Virus record (IMG/VR): IMGVR_UViG_3300010970_000172
Span: 1 to 63,260 of that record
Direction: 5' to 3' (one strand)
Length of the DNA: 63,260 bases
From: a virus
Both the position numbers and the translations under genes were made by a program. Shown one piece after another: positions 62,537-63,260 of this stretch (within the stretch, counting starts at the first letter, position 1; each line of letters begins with the position of its first letter). The notes under the pieces are model-generated. The model had not been told where the DNA came from. It worked only from the letters and a program-made list of their open reading frames with translations, and ran no database searches.

Positions 62537-62677
62537 TTATTTCTTCTTTTTCATATGCTTGAACATCTCAACTTGCTTCTCACGTTTAATGATACCTTCC
62601 TTTGTTTTTGCAGTACCAAGATTTCGTCCAGTTGTTTTGGAGACTAACTGGTAGCCTCCTTTTATTTTCTTAATCAT
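62537..62677 (-). CDS. Small Lys-rich protein, 46 aa (below the track cutoff)
   Basis: Manual translation: MIKKIKGGYQLVSKTTGRNLGTAKTKEGIIKREKQVEMFKHMKKKK. Confidence 0.4.
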   Translation of the reverse strand: MIKKIKGGYQLVSKTTGRNLGTAKTKEGIIKREKQVEMFKHMKKKK

Positions 62678-62680
62678 CGC

Positions 62681-63205
62681 TTATTTATTTTCTGATGTTT
62701 GCACACCTGTAGGTTTGAAATAATTTTGATATTCGATACTTGTTGCAGGGTCTAAAATCTTTAGCATCATTAAATCGTTAGCAAACTTTTGCTCTTCTTC
62801 GTTTTGTGGATTCAAGTAGTTTGTTAATGGATTGTAGTTGTAAAGTTTTTCAGCTTTAGCCTTAGAATCTGCAGAGAACATAATTGTGCTATAGTCATTA
62901 AAGTTATCCTTGTAATTCAAGAAATCTCTCTTCTTTAACATAAAGAAATAATCGATAGCGTATTTCTGTTCGATAAACGGCTTATCTTTTATCTTCTGAG
63001 TTAAACCTTCCGCTGACCCGTTGTTCTTAACATAATCCTTCATATCAGCCTTTAGGTTATAGTATACATCACCACGAGCTTCATCTGAGGCTCTGAACAT
63101 ATCTCTATCCTTAGCAAACTTAATTTTAGGATCAGTTTTATCTACTGCTCTATCTTTAATTCCTGTAAAGAACGACAAAGTAACATCACTCATTTCGCCC
63201 TTACC
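62681..63205 (-). CDS. C-terminal 174 codons plus stop of the giant ORF that starts at 8874
   Basis: Track ORF 62681..63259 begins at an internal Met. The frame is continuous with 1..8874 through the 55-bp overlap. Confidence 0.85.
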   Translation of the reverse strand, partial: GKGEMSDVTLSFFTGIKDRAVDKTDPKIKFAKDRDMFRASDEARGDVYYNLKADMKDYVKNNGSAEGLTQKIKDKPFIEQKYAIDYFFMLKKRDFLNYKDNFNDYSTIMFSADSKAKAEKLYNYNPLTNYLNPQNEEEQKFANDLMMLKILDPATSIEYQNYFKPTGVQTSENK

Positions 63206-63260
63206 AAATTTAGAACGCTGATACTCTTGTAACTTAAAGTCGCTTGAGTCAGAAAGCATT
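63206..63260. repeat. Second copy of the 55-bp terminal overlap
   Basis: Identical to 1..55. Confidence 0.95.

Overview
The window is a complete, closed tailed-phage genome. Bases 1..55 are identical to 63206..63260, so the unique length is 63,205 bp. The sequence is AT-rich, tightly packed, and has almost no Shine-Dalgarno sequences. Several promoters fit the Bacteroidota form TTTG-N19-20-TAnnTTTG, so a Bacteroidota host is inferred.

There are two arms. The late arm is on the minus strand. It runs from 40215 down to 1 and continues across the junction to 60817. In transcription order it encodes:
- a tandem GroES-like protein, TerS, TerL, portal, scaffold and major capsid protein
- four fibre or adhesin genes
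- a lysis cassette with holin candidates, an M15 endolysin and a unimolecular-spanin-like gene
- connector or tail genes, then three putative internal or ejection proteins
- a 3,132-codon giant ORF that crosses the window junction and is therefore missing from the supplied ORF track
- a distal cluster of small Lys-rich proteins, a Dps-like protein and an HNH endonuclease

The early/middle arm is on the plus strand, 40939..60816. It encodes:
- an amidoligase plus Ntn-glutamine-amidotransferase-like pair
- a roughly 940-bp ORF-poor region with repeated hairpin motifs
- two short C5-methyltransferase-like paralogs
- a replication module: an HTH initiator with iterons inside its own gene, a DnaB helicase, a RecB-like nuclease, an SSB and a RusA-like resolvase
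- many small ORFs, including tiny membrane proteins and lipoproteins

I could not recognise any tRNA, integrase, DNA polymerase or RNA polymerase.

The most interesting items are:
- the hidden giant polyvalent-type protein (HExxH zincin motif plus ART-like blocks)
- the early amidoligase/GATase pair
- the hairpin-repeat region
- the duplicated, inverted iteron sets that link the initiator gene to the late-operon leader
- a six-fold four-cysteine repeat adhesin
- an in-frame TAA followed by 64 stop-free codons

All functional calls come from motif recognition by eye and need HMM or structure confirmation.
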